From: Octopus sinensis
Taxonomy: Eukaryota
Assembly: GCF_006345805.1 (NCBI RefSeq)
Contig: NC_042997.1
Coordinates: forward strand, 74,462,001 to 74,526,000
DNA length: 64,000 bases
Direction of reading: 5' to 3'
How positions within the stretch are numbered: the first letter of the stretch is position 1; every line of letters starts with the position of its first letter. Below the pieces are notes generated by a model. That model had not been told where the DNA came from and did no database searches. It worked only from the letters and a program-made list of their open reading frames with translations. Positions 35,625 through 49,399 of this stretch are shown here, one piece after another. A program made the position numbers and the translations under genes.

Positions 35625-36986
35625 TCATAATACTTTGATGAGTATCCATCTTTCAGCTCTGTATAGAAGAACAGACTCCACTGTTGCCAGAAACAACCTC
35701 ACTTTCAATTTCCTTGCTAACTTTGAACTCCATACCTCTCTCAATTTATGGCATGCACTCCAGCCAAGAACTTTCCTTGCTACAATGTCTTTTTCAGTAC
35801 TTTGAATCCACGCACCAAGGTATTTGAAATTTTCAACTACCTTGAGCAACTTACCGTCTCTCACTTTCACTGACACAAGCATTTTGTAGTTAAATACTTG
35901 CAGCTCTGTTTTCTTTGCATTACAGTACAATCCTACCTTCCCCGATTTCTGCTCTAATCTGCTCAACACCTCCTGAACCTGATCTGTCCTCTCTGTTAGT
36001 AATACCAGATCATCAGCACAGTCTAGGTCAGTAACTGTTACTGTTTGATGCCATCTACTTCTTTGCCTATGCAGTTTGAATCCCAGTTCTTCTTCCTTGC
36101 CTTCATACATTCTACACAGTACATAATCCAGAATGATGGTGAAGAGATAAGGTGCTAGCGTGTCACCTTGTAATACTCTGGCTTTGACTTCGAAGTATTC
36201 TGTCTCTCCTTCAGGAGTGATCACTTTTGCTTTGATGGTGTTCTCATACAGTTTACTTATTGCTCTCAGAATTCTTGGTGGAATATCATATGCTTTAAGT
36301 ATCTTCATCATCATTCCTCTATGTATTAAATCAAAAGCCTTTTTAAAGTCTACATAGATAATGATAGCCTTTCTGTTAGGGCTCTTAACTCCCTCTATCA
36401 GAAGTGAGATGTTGTTGACCGTCCTGATCTGAATCCATTTTGAGTTGGTCACAATTGTTTGTCTATCTTAAGTTGTATTCGGTTAAGTATCATATTGCTG
36501 GCCAATTTTGCAACAGTGGATGACAGACTGATCCCTCGACAATTCCCAGTTTTGGGCAGCAGTAGCAAGTCTATATCAGACCAGTGTTCTGGCTTCACAT
36601 TATCATTTAGTAGTTTGTTTGCAAATTCAAGGATGATGTCATCTAAATCACATCTTATTTGAGGATGCTTAGAATGGCACTCGAAGTCTCCTGAAAGAGT
36701 CATACAACAAACACCAACTTATACCAGGGACTACTAAAAATGACATTGAAGATATAGCATACAAGGATGAGGTGAGCTGGACACTGCAGCAGACATACCA
36801 ATGAAATTGTTAACAAGTTAGTGCTCTGGCAACCAACATAAGGAAGAACCAGGAAAGGAAGGAGGAAGTCCCCAAGACTCTTTCTAACATTTTCCCCACT
36901 TATCTTGATCTTCCATAATGGTCCTCGGCTCCTGTACCCCTTCCACACCAGTATCCTCCAGCAAGTTGTTGATGATAACCGGTTTT
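35625..36986. mobile_element. RTE-clade LINE with rearranged (inverted) segments
   Basis: Minus 36700-35625 RT (VDFKKAFD, QGDTLAPYLF, CADDLVLL, FKYLG); plus 36700-36868 (TNTNLY...AGHC...KLVLWQP...GRRK); minus 36986-36869 (NNLLEDTG...W). Confidence 0.8.
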
Positions 36987-37890
36987 CAAATTTTGAATTT
37001 TGGATAAAATTCTGAATTAGACATTTTGTTTGCTAGTGGGGTAGTTTGCAGTAAAGTGGAGGTAAATCTGTAATTTTTAATATTGGTCTACATTTGATTC
37101 TTACAATAGTTAGGGTAAATCTTTAATTGTCAATAAGGTTTTATATTTAATTCTAGCTTAAATGAGGCCTCTTTATTTAGTTAAGGTCCAAATAGCAAAT
37201 TGATATAATGGGAAGATTAGGAATTGTGGTTGCAGTTGTTCTGCACATCTGTCAATGTGTTCACTGAGATATATCTGGTGATATTGTGGGCTTTTGTGAA
37301 TTTTTGGTAGACCATAGAATAGGTTGGGTTTACATTAAAAGTTTGTTAAATAGTCTATTTCCTTTTTCGTTAGGTCTTTTCCATTTGTGGGTGGTGGGTG
37401 TAATCATTGATTTTACTATAGTAGGGTCGACAGGAATGATTACACCCACCACCCACAAATGGAAAAGACCTAACGAAAAAAGAAATAGTCTATTTAACAA
37501 ACTTTTAATGTAAACCCAACCTATTCTATGGTCTACCAAAAATTCACAAAAGCCCACAATATCACCAGATATATCTCAGTGAACACATTAACAGATGTGC
37601 AGAACAACTGCAACCACAATTCTCAATCTTCCCATTAAATCAATTTGCTATTTGAACCTCAACACAAGTACAACTAAATAAAGAGGCCTCATTTAAGCTG
37701 GAATTAAATATGAACCCATGCTGAAAATTAAAGATTTACCCCAACTATTGTAAGAATCAAATGTAAACCAATATTAAAAATTACAGATTTATCTCTCCTT
37801 TGCTGCAAACTACCTTGGTTACTAGTTATCCCCTCCTAGCACACAAAATGTCTAATTCAGAATTTTATCCAAAACTCAAAATTTGAAAAG
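36983..37890. mobile_element. About 900-bp fold-back made of a PLE RT fragment
   Basis: Arms 36983-37408 and 37435-37890; both encode EIVYLTNF*CKPNLFYGLPKIHK (PLE YGLPKIHK motif). Confidence 0.85.
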
Positions 37891-39129
37891 CGATAGCAAA
37901 ACGGGTTATTATGTTGGAAGATAAAAATCATATTTTGTACAATATTGCATAATACTTTTGGTATTATGATTCTAATATATTCTTTAGTCTTGTAAAACAA
38001 ATCTTGTGTTTTTTCATCTTATTTCTTTCTGTATATATTCAACAACGTGTAATCACCCACCATACTTTCTACCTTATATGTATATATGTATATATGTATA
38101 TATATATATGGTGCCCCAGCATGGCCGCGGCCTTCGGGCTAAAACATTTTTAAGGATTTAAGGATATACGGACGCTAAATGATGATGATGATGATGATGA
38201 TATATATATATATATATATATATATCAGTCTCTTTGCCAACCTGCTAAGCTGTAGAGATGCAAACGAACATCAGAACCAAGTGGTGGTAGGGGACAAACT
38301 GAAAGACACACACACACATGCATATATACATGCATGCATTCATACATACATACATACGTAAGCGTGCATGTGCATGCATGCACACACGTGCACACACACA
38401 TGCATGTAGAAAACATACATACTAGATATATGACGTCGATTGGAACCTGGTGCAGCTCCCTAGCTTACTAGTTTTCAGTCAAACCATCCAACCCATGCAA
38501 ACCACCCAACCCAAGAGACTGATAGAATAAGTACCAGACTTAACAATAAGAGCTGATCTCAATTTGTTTGACTAAATTCTTTAGGGTGGTGCCTTGATTA
38601 GGTAGGGAAGTTTGTCGATAGTTAAGGTAGATACATAGTTTAAGTGGGTAGTAAATAGGTGATGGGTAGGAAGGCAGGTAGGTAGGCAAGCAGGTAGTTA
38701 GGTAGGCCTACCTGCCTGCTAGCATGCATGTACATACATACGTATGAATACCCCAAAATACAAGTGTAAAGTATTCCTGAAAATCTTGCCATAACATGAA
38801 ATCCTCTAATGTGGAATACATTTTAATGTTATAAAGTGAGAATGCAATGCAACAGATTTTATTGAGAACAACAACAACAACAACAAAACAAACAAAACAA
38901 CTACTTTTATGCATGAAAATAACAATTTCTAAACAAAGAGTAATATGCATACATAAAAACATTTGAAGAGAAATACATTAGGGACTAAATAACTCATTAA
39001 ATTGCAGTAGGGAACATTACTACCACAAGAGATGTTGATTACTGAGTGAAGGGTTATGGTGGAATAAGAGTTACAGGGTGAATGAGAGATACTACTTATC
39101 TTACAGCGCATCATCATCAACATCTATTT

Positions 39130-40860
39130 GAACTATGAAGAACTTATCCAAAATTGTTTTATGTTTATATCACATCATTTCTTTGTACAGCGCAGTGCAG
39201 GAACTAAGATCAACGTAAATGCTTTTTGTAAGTTTTATGGTACATTTAATGTGGGTTGTTATCAGCAAAATCATTCAAACCTTTCTCTACAAAAATCTTT
39301 GGTGACTCTTCATACCAAGATTTTGAGGGAGAGTTAATTACTCTCAAAACATGAACTCAGGCTACTGAATGAAAATCTTCACCACTGAAGGCAAACAAGT
39401 CTGCTTTTGACTCTGGGCATTATACAGAGAGAGGAGGAAGGAAAATATTACCATAAAAATACCCTCTAAAGAAGATCTTGAATCATTCTGGTTGAAAGTC
39501 TGTGACGTAAAGAAGGATTTCAACCTTAATGCATCATGACTTAATACAGTAAAGAGAGAATACTGTACCAACATCAAAAGTAAGACATATGCAGTTGATC
39601 TGGGATCTTTCACCATAATTGTAGGCAAACTTCATAATGGGAGGGCACCTAGAAGGAACCTAACAGTTGGATACTAATACAAGAAGCTGGCATTCTACAG
39701 AAAACCACTAAGATGTATATTCAAAAGGACTATGGAAGGTCAGATTGCCAAACAACTTTTGACAAACAAACTGTACTGTTTGAAGTGAAAAAACACTGAA
39801 GTAGCCTTGTAACAGCATGATTTGAGATGAAGGAGGTAGAGGCTTCAGACCAGGGCAGACAGCATTCGAATGACATATTGTCTCTCTCAGATAGTACTTC
39901 TTAAAGAACAGCAGTGAAAATAAACACATTAACTAAGTGCTGAAAAGTGAAGCGAGCAATATCCTTTGTATTGGCAGCAAGCTCCTCAGGAAGCACTCTT
40001 CCTGCTGACCTTCCATAACTCCAAAACAGCTGGATGTGAAACACTCAGCATACCTTAAAAAAGACTATACATGAGTAATATTGACATGAAATACAGTTTC
40101 TCTTGGATCTGTGACCATACATCATATTACACTTTGAAGGCTATGTATTTGCAATACAAGAACAGAATATTGCTATGAAAAACCTATTGAATAAAAGAGA
40201 CAGTGAAGCCCTTCAAACCCCAAGATGCAACCGAAAAAGCGGATTCTGTCATATTTCTGAGGAAGACATCACACATTTGATTAGCAGATGCCCCAAAATA
40301 TCAACCCCTGTATGCAACATGTTGCAAAAACAATATACAATGCCATTCAGAAAAAAAAAACTCTCCTGAAATAAATATATGGAATCCCCCTATCATTGAA
40401 TACATGCACAAGCATCAACACAAGGAATTCTGGTGGAACATTATCATCAAAATGTCTGTCAAGTGTTAACATAACAAGCTGGATATTATTGTTTGGGATG
40501 GACAAGAAAAAATATGTACTGTCTTAGAGGTCAACTGCCCTTCTAATGTAGATATTTCTTTGAAAATCAAAGGGAAAAAGGACAGCTATTGACATCTGCT
40601 TTGAAACCTTCAGCTTCTATATCCAGACTATGAATTCACAGTACACATGGTTTTGTGAATAAATTTCTAAGTGACAATCTCATTAAGCTAGGATTTTCAG
40701 AAAAAGAAATCAAACAACTGATTTGTACATTACAAATATAATCTGTAAGTGGAATAGTAAAAATTTGCAAGACTTTTCGAAAGTTTAAAATATGACATTG
40801 CTTTTGTCATCTACATTCCAACGCTAGAGTTTTGTATCATTGTTAGAAACCAGCTCCTTC
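39130..40860 (+). mobile_element. Degenerate R4/Dong-like LINE
   Basis: EEDITHLISRCP; FWWNIII...HNKLDIIVWD...VLEVNCP (degenerate PD..E endonuclease). Confidence 0.6.
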
Positions 40861-41699
40861 CTCAGAGGGAGAATTTAAATAATTAAAACAGAAGAAAACA
40901 CACACACACACACATATTAGGTTGGAAAGTCCTGTTGCATTTATTTTGGGGTTTGAACAATTTGTTTTTTTTTTTATTTTTAAGGTCCTATAATTACTTT
41001 ATAGACAAGGAGCCACTGAGTACAATGTTTGGAGCAAACATTGCTGAACCGTTACAGCAACTGCAAAAGTGCAGGAGGAAGCTGTTAAATGCTTTATCCA
41101 TAGAAATCTGAGATCAGGAATACCTTGGAAAAGGAAAAAGTGACATTCATGTTCTAGTCATTCTACTTATCACATTGACTAAGTTGCTACTACAGTTACA
41201 CACTGGGAACTTATCTTGGCTGAAAATCATTTTGATTTTACAAGAATGTTGTTTCAGGAGTATTACTTAAGAACTACACAGATTTACAGCCAAGAGAAAT
41301 GAAATGTCCATCAAGATAATTAATATTTCCCCTTATTAATAATAACATAATCCCATTTATTTGACAAACAGTTGATCCTTCAGCAACATCTCTATATGAT
41401 TAAACAACAATGGGCATTTTTCTTGCATTTTTTATGCAATGCTTATAATCGACAACAATATTTCTCTACATTAGCTGTTTCATATTGGTTTAACACTTCA
41501 TGATAGACAACATTCTTCCTATCCTACAGAGAATAACTTCCCTCGGGTGTAGTCCTGGTTTGGGGTTGGATTCTTCATTTTCATTGGGTGCTAACCAATG
41601 TCATTTTCATTGGATATGAAAAAGAGAACCTACCTTTCATCAATTGTGATGATTCTGTCCAGGAAAAGTTTGGCAGCAAATCTACTCTTCAATGATGAG

Positions 41700-42070
41700 T
41701 AGAGGGCAACTCCTTAATTAAGGTGAGAAGCAGTTAGATGATGGAAGGTAATGAATACTATTATATCAGTTCAACTAAAAACCAAATTAAATGGCATATT
41801 GCGAACCATGAGAGTTGCTTTAAGAATAGACATAAAATCAATAATACAAGTCTCAACAAATTTATATGGATGTTAAAAGACAATAAGAAAAATTATGATT
41901 AAATGGGAAATTATAAGCCATGCCAGAGCTTATAGAATCTCAGATAAAAAATGCTGATTGTGTATAGAAGAGATATTTCATATACTAACATCTAAACACA
42001 AACTAATTAACTCGAGAAAAGAGAATATTTGAACTTGTATGTTTTTAGAAAGTTTAATTAATAAAAAGAT
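41700..42070 (+). pseudogene. PLE GIY-YIG endonuclease remnant
   Basis: YYISSTKNQIKWHIANH..CFKN...TSLNKFIWMLK...WEII...KC*LCIEE...LINSR. Confidence 0.7.
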
Positions 42071-42679
42071 AAAACTGAACATTAAAAATTTAAGCATAAT
42101 ACAGTAAGTGTAACTTAATTTATAAACCAAACATAAGATATAAATAATATAAATAGTAATAATTAATCAGCTAATATAATACATCTAATTTTTTATTGTA
42201 ATATTGTAGAACTATTGATAGCACTAATTTTGATGATGTAATATACTTAATATATATAAGTACTAACCTTAAATGTGTGCATTTAAGGTTAGTACTTATA
42301 TGTGTAGGTATATGTATTCTCTCATACACAGATGTATAGTGATATATAGAATGAATTACAAATTAATAACTATAAAATTTAAAACTATTATTTAGATCAA
42401 TATAAAAATATAAAAATAATTATTATGCTTATTCATTTCATACAATAATATAATGGCTGGCTTTTAGTTTTTATTTTCAAATAATTACACACACGCAAAT
42501 ACAAATATACTTATTTTATTAATTATCTTGTTGTTTCATGTTATAAATTATATAATTTTTGGTATCTATCAAACATTATTACTTTCTGTAGTGTTTTATA
42601 TATTGATGCATGTATATATACACACACACAAATATTTATTAATTATAATTAATGACTATTAATAATACAAATACATATA

Positions 42680-44509
42680 CACTGACGAAAATAAATTTAA
42701 GACCGATGACAAATGTTCTGTTTCTTACAAAATATTTTGTTACTAACACCATAAAAATTATTTTTATCTTTTATACCTTATGCAGAATTTCTGTCTTTTC
42801 CAAATGATGCAGATAATAACTATTTTTATACAATTTGAAGAATTTTAATGCTAAATTAATGTAAGCGTTTCAAATTTACCGGCAAAATTAGTTTAAGACC
42901 GTATCATTATAATTTTATTTAAAGCTTAAGATTGTAGCAAAAATGAACAACAAGAACAAAATACATATAAGTACTTTGTGCCATAGCCTTTATTCTTAAT
43001 AACGGCTGAACAACGCCTCGGCATTAAATTCGCTAAGTGATTACAAAATTCTATGGGAATGTTTTGCCATATTTCATTGATATAATCAAATAATTGTTTT
43101 AGATTAGATGTTTTTTTTTAGCATGGACTTTTTTGGAAACATAATTCCACAAGTTCTCAATCGGATTCAGGTCCAGGCTCTGGGGAGGCTATTCGATTAC
43201 ATCAATATTATGATCAAAAAAATTCCATAACCTTTTTGGCTTTGTGCACAGAACTATTGTCCTGCCGATAAATAGCCCACAGAGGCATTTGGTGAGTCAA
43301 ATATGGCACAACATTATCCTTTAGTAGATTCATATAACCTACACTATTTAGCTTTCCATCAACTTTAACTAGAGGGCCAACACTAGAGCTACTAAATACT
43401 GCACACACCATGACACCCCCCACCCCGCTTGCGCCGTCTTTTTCATGCATTTCAGATGGAATTCCTCAGTTGGGCGACGTCTGACGTATGTTTTACCATC
43501 TGATCCAAATATACAAAAGCGTGACTCGTCACTCCAAATGACCCTGCACCAATCTTTGGCAGTCCATTGTGCATAGCTTTTTGCAAAATTAAGGTGTTTG
43601 AGTCAATTTCTTTCGGATATTATTGGCTTTTCCTAACGATTTGTCCATGTAGTCCAAATTCTCTCAAATAGTTGCGGACGTTTGTAGTGTAAAAATAACA
43701 CCATTCTCGTTGGACAATTGTTTACAAATGTCAATGGCTGTCAGCATTCTTTGGCATCGAGAGTTACAGAAAGGCCAGAACTGAGCACCACTGCGTGGTG
43801 CCAAGGACTCCAAATTTGCCATCAAGATGTAGGATAAGATACTGTGATAGCCTGGGCTTCAGAGGCCCACAGCTCTTCAATATCCTCCCGAAGAACCTGA
43901 GGGACCTGCATGGGGTGGATGTGGATGTCTTTAAAGTAGGACTGGATCTCTTCCTGTCAGGTGTCCTGGATGAACCAACTTCACGGCAGGAGGTGCAGAT
44001 GAGGGCAGCTGCATCGAACTCTCTCATGCACCAAATGGCAGTTGCTAAAAAGCATTCGTGAAGTAAAATCATGTAGCAACACCAAATGGCAGTGCCCCAG
44101 CATGGCCACAGCTCGTGAGCTGAAACTAGATAAAATAAAAAAAAAATAAATAAATTCGGTTGCCTTCTGAAAGTCGGTGAATTCAACGGTCTAATTGCGC
44201 CATTGTTTTCCTTGGGGCATCAGTCCTTTGCTGATCTTTATATTGACCAGTCTCCGAGTATAACTTCCACGCTTGCACCAAGCCGGTTTACTGCACTTTA
44301 GTTGCTTGCTGATGTTCAAAAAGGAAATATTATATGGTCTTAAACTAATTTTGCCGGTAAATTTGAAATGTTTATATTGCATCATTCGAAAGAGAAATAA
44401 ATTCTGCATAAGGTGTAAAAGATATAAATAATTTGTATGGTGTTAGTAACAAAATATTTTGTAAGAAATAGAACTTTTATCAATGGTCTTAAATTTATTT
44501 TCGCCACTG
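42680..44509 (-). mobile_element. Tc1-family DNA transposon with IR/DR-type long TIRs; transposase decayed
   Basis: TA|CACTG...CACTG|TA ends; TIRs about 42680-42902 and 44336-44509, each with two copies of aaat..tttaagacc; WSDES, GGVMV, QDNSSVH motifs. Confidence 0.88.
43771..44155 (+). mobile_element. CR1/L2-like LINE 3' end inserted in the Tc1 transposase
   Basis: SLGFRGPQLFNILPKNLRD...VFKVGLDLFLSGVLDEP followed by an A-rich tail. Confidence 0.8.
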
Positions 44510-45151
44510 TATAAATAAACTGATTTGATTCAATAACCTTTTACTTACATGCATACACACATAAATCAGGCAGTAAACATCCGTATACACACACACTCAC
44601 ACACAAACTAAAATAGATGACAGACATCCATATTTTGTAAAGTTTTTACTTTTATTATTTTCATTATTATTAATTTTTATTTTTATTCTTTATTTTAAAT
44701 TTTTATATACTTTAATTTATTATTATTATTGTTATTATATTTAAACAAAAAATAAAAATATTAACACATGCAAGCACACATACATACACATACAAATAAT
44801 TAAAGACACTTTCATTTACTTAGTTTGTTGAAGTATCTCAACCGATCAACATGTAAACTCTGTAATGTGCTTTGCACTAAGATATTTCACTTAAGATCTT
44901 CAAAATGCAAACTTATGTTTTGTAATTTGTATTGAGTGTAAATTGAAAGAATTGTAGGTAATGTTAATTAATAAATTAATTTATATCCATTTTCTTATTT
45001 TATAATATTTGATATTTTTATAACATATTTATTGAAAAACTATCTGTTCGAAATATAATTTATTAAACCAGTGTAACTTGGATAAAACTATCCCTACAAG
45101 AGGTTTATATATCCTCCTAGTGACTGTGTATGTATGTATGTGTGTGTGTGC

Positions 45152-45183
<32 letters not shown>

Positions 45184-45599
45184 ATATACATACACACACA
45201 TACATATAAGCGTGTATGTGCACACATACACATAAATCATCCACATATACCTACACCCACAAAAAACGTGCATAAAGGAATGCATTCATTCACATAGCTA
45301 ATTATTATAAACATTCAAACAACTAAGCATTAATCTGTCTATCAATCCAACTAATCACCTATCATTCAACAGAAACTTATAAATATATATGTACAATACA
45401 CATATACACATATAAAATACAATATACACACTTACATATAAAATGATATAAAATGCATATATGTGCAAAACATCAACATGCACAAAAATACATGTGCATA
45501 AACACAAACACTGAAATAGCATAAAAAAGATATCATTGGTATCATGTACTCCAAGAACTTTAGTTGTTTAAGAAGATCTTCTCTTAGCTGCTAGTGTTG

Positions 45600-45830
45600 A
45601 GCAGAAAGAAGTAGGTATGTTTGTTCATGTTTCACTAAAGGAAGTTTTTCTATAGGTTTGATTGCTAACTGCCTTGAGTACCTGGTCATGTAACCTATAG
45701 TAGCAACCATTAACCAAGGTTTCGCAGAAGTTGCTGAAGAGGTGTTCCTCTTCCAACACCCAAGGTATATGAAGGCACTTCATTCCTGTCCATGTGTAAG
45801 GATTTATCAAACTTGGTTAGTTGCAACACA
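45600..45830 (-). pseudogene. Possible Hero/NeSL-like RLE LINE fragment
   Basis: EHLFSNFCETLVNGCYYRLHDQVLKAV resembles LEHILSSC...G.Y.WRHDQVL.A. Confidence 0.4.
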
Positions 45831-45949
45831 CTGCTGAAATACAAACACTCTCCTTTACCCCATTACCCCACATGTTCCACCCATATTGCAGCAATACAAG
45901 TGTGACAATGCATCAACTTATTCTTATTGCTTATGTATAATGAATTATG

Positions 45950-46655
45950 TAAGCAATAAGGAGATATGCTGTGACTTCGACTACCCAACAAATGAAGTGA
46001 GTTCATGGCTTGCAGGATGGCCTGCTGTGCTTCAGGAGACCTATTGTGTCAAGTACATCAACATTAAAATAAAAATCGTATGGATATTGTAGTTGTGATA
46101 CCCGTGCCAGTGCCATGTAGCGCTTCACAGAGGAAATGACGAAGACCAAGACCTCTGAGATATGCTGTGACAGTGAAGACCCGACAAATGAAGTGAGTTT
46201 ATGGCTCGCAGGACGACTTGCTGTGCTAACCTTGGATTGTAGAGTGACCCGCTGTTCTTGAGGAGACACATTGAGTCAAGTACGTCAACACCAACATCAA
46301 ATAAAAATCAAATGGAAATTGTAGTTAAGATACCCGTGCCAGTGACAAGTAAAAAACACCGTCCGAATGTGGCAGATGCCAGCACTGCCTGACTGGCATC
46401 TGTGTCGGTGACACATAAAAGCACCAACTGATCGTGGCCGTTTGCCAGCCTCCTCTGGCCACTATGTGGCACGTAAAATGCACCCACTACACTCTCAGAG
46501 TGGTTGGCGTTAGGAAGGGCATCCAGCTGTAGAAACACTGCCAGATCAGACTGGAGCCTGGTGCAGCCTCCTGGCTTCCCAGACCCCAGTCAAACTGTCC
46601 AACCCATGCTAGCATGGAAAACGGACGTTAAACAATGATGATGATGATGATGATG
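45950..46655 (+). mobile_element. RTE family 3' UTR and tail with internal duplication
   Basis: Same terminal sequence (...cccatgctagcatggaaaacggacgttaaac(GAT)n) as 27087-27260 reversed. Confidence 0.75.
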
Positions 46656-46879
46656 CATAGTCACACTTTTATCCTATCTATTTATGTAACTTACCTGTAT
46701 TTGCACTAATATCAATAATTAACTAGTTAGCCTGTATGTCTTCACTTCTAGCAGTACTAACATTGCTTATACTAATGTTGGTATAATTGATGGTGGAATA
46801 ATGGGAGGATAACTGCTATGACATGTCTCTTGGCCAATGCTCATTACAAACTTCTTTTCAGATGCCGAAAGCTGCAGTT

Positions 46880-49145
46880 CCCCATCTCTATGTTATTTCC
46901 TACCTCCCTTTACATTCTAGGAGGGCAACTGCCATGGGGTAGGAGGGTTGGCATACTTCTAGCAGAGAAATGGGTAAGTAAGGTGATTGAGGTAGTCAGA
47001 GTATGTGACAGGCTACTTAAGCTTAGACTAGTTTTGCAGAATAGTACATCAACAATCATCTCTGCCTATGCCTCACACTCAGGCCTGCCAAATGAACAAA
47101 AGGATTGTTTTTATGACATTTCAGGAATAACCACTGAGATGCTTAAAATATTTGGGGTATGGGTTATGGTCTAATTACCTGTATAGTTAACCAATGACTG
47201 GTGTAGCAACACCATGGTCAATTGCTACAAAGGTAAAGGTGATGCCTTAGATAGAAATAATTATAGAGGTATCAAGTTGCTGGATCAGGTGATGAAAGTC
47301 ACAGAGAGGGTCATAACCCAACTAATTAGAAAAAGAGTTAGTCTAGATGAGATGCAGTTTGAGAAGCTCCACTGATGCTATATTTCTGGCAAGGTAGCTG
47401 CAGGAGAAACACCTAACCAAAGATAAACCTCTGTACTTGACTTTTGTTGACATGAAGAATGCCTTTGACAGGGTCCCCCGATCCCTTATCTGGTGGTCAA
47501 TGCGGAAACTAGGAATAGATGAGTGGTTGGTGAGAGCTGTTCAAGCCATGTACAGGGATGCTGTCAGTAAAGTGAGGGTTGGCAACGGATACAGTATGGA
47601 TTTAGGGTACAAGTAGGTGTTCACCAAGAATCAGTCCTTAGCCTCATTTTGTTCATCATAGTCCTCCAGGCAATAACAGAGGAATTTAAGACAGGCTGCC
47701 TCTGGAAGTTCCTCCATGCTGATGAACTTGATCTTATTGCTGAATCTGTATCAGAACTAGAGAAAAAATTTCAGGTGTAGAAGCAAAGTCTAGAATTGAA
47801 GGGCCTTAGAGTTAACCTAGCAAAAACCAATGTCTTAGTAAGTAGGAAAACAGACAAATCACACATCCCTTCTAGCAGATGGCCCTGCTCAATCTGTAGG
47901 AAAGGTGTAGGTAGAAACTCTATAAGATGCGCCCAGTGCAAGCTATAGACACATAAGAAGTGCAACAATATCAGAAGAAAGTTAACTGGGAAAATAGTTT
48001 TTGTGTATGGAAGGTGCACAGGTACAATAAACACTAAAATTGTACAGAAATTAGACTCCATCAACTGCCAGTGGGGGTAAGCTAGAGGCAGCTGATAGCT
48101 TCCATTATCTAGGTGACCAAATCAGTAATGCAGGTGGATGCTCTGAGAGTGTAGCTGCAAGAATAAGAATAGGCTGGACAAAGTTCAGAGAGCTCTTAAC
48201 TCTGTTGGCATCAAAGAACCTCTCTCCCTCAGAGTGAAAGGCAGACAGTATGATGCCTGTGTGAGAACTGCTGTTTTACATGGCAGTGAAACATGGGCTA
48301 TGATCACTAAGGACATACGTTGGCTTGAAAGAAAGAAGCTAGCATGCTTCAATGGATGTGTAACGTCAGAGCACATGTACAACAAAATGTAACCGTCTTA
48401 AGAGAAAAGTTAGGCATAAGAGGCATCAGATGTGATGTGCAAGAGAGACAATTGTGCTGGTATGGTCATGTGATGTGTATGGACAAGGACAGCTGCATAA
48501 TGAAGTGCTGATCTTTAACTGTGGAGGGGAGCTATGATAGAGGTGGACCAAGAAGACATGGGATGAGGTGGCGAAGTATGATCTTCAAACACTGGGCCTC
48601 ATGGAGGCAATGACAAGTGGCTGAGACCTTTGATGATATGCTGTGCTTGAGAAGACCCATCAAGCCAAGTGAAATTGTAATCATGGCCGATGCTGGTGTC
48701 ATGTAACTGGCATCCATGATGGTTCGCACATAAAAAGCACCTTTTGAGCATTGGGCTTCATGGAGACAATGTGGCTGATACCAGTGTCACATAGCTAGCA
48801 CCCCTGCCAGTGGCACATAAAAAGTATCTATCAAGTGTTGGGTCTCATGGTGACAATGACAGATGACTGAGACCTTATCCAATATGCTGTGCTTGAGAAG
48901 AAGACCCATCAAGCCAAGTGAAATCACAGTTGCGACAGATAGTGTATCAAGCAGCTGGCACCCATGTCAGGGGCATATAAAGGCACCCATTACACTCTTG
49001 GAGTAGTTGGAGTGAGGAAAGATATCTAGTTGTAGAAACCAAGCCAAATCAGACTGGAGTCTGGTGCAGTGTCTTAGCTTACCAACCCTGGTCAAACTGT
49101 TCAACCCAGCCAGCCTGGACAATGGACGTTAAATGATGATCATGA
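46880..49145 (+). mobile_element. Internally deleted RTE LINE (APE fragment fused to RT through the 3' tail)
   Basis: GVGILLAEKW...SAYA; YKGKGDALDRNNYRGIKLL; KNAFDRVPR; GVHQ; F.YLGD; HGSETW. Confidence 0.8.
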
Positions 49146-49399
49146 GTGAGTTGATGATCTTACTAGAAACATGCTGTTTATAAAGAACTTCCTCTACCAG
49201 TTTATATGACGTAGTCCTGTAAGTGTTTTCAATATCTAACTACAGATCTTCCTTAGCTTCTCTGAAGAACTGTTTCACCCCTGTATGCTTCAGCAACCAA
49301 GTGTTTCAGAGATCCCACCTTTCTGGCCCCATTCATATATTGTACTTATTGATCAATGTACAAATTCTTAAGGAGAAACTTAATCAGCTGTCAGGACAT

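Noticed and set aside
37286-37557. Near-identical 75-aa ORFs on both strands
   Set aside because: A by-product of the fold-back; the true ancestral frame is the PLE RT.
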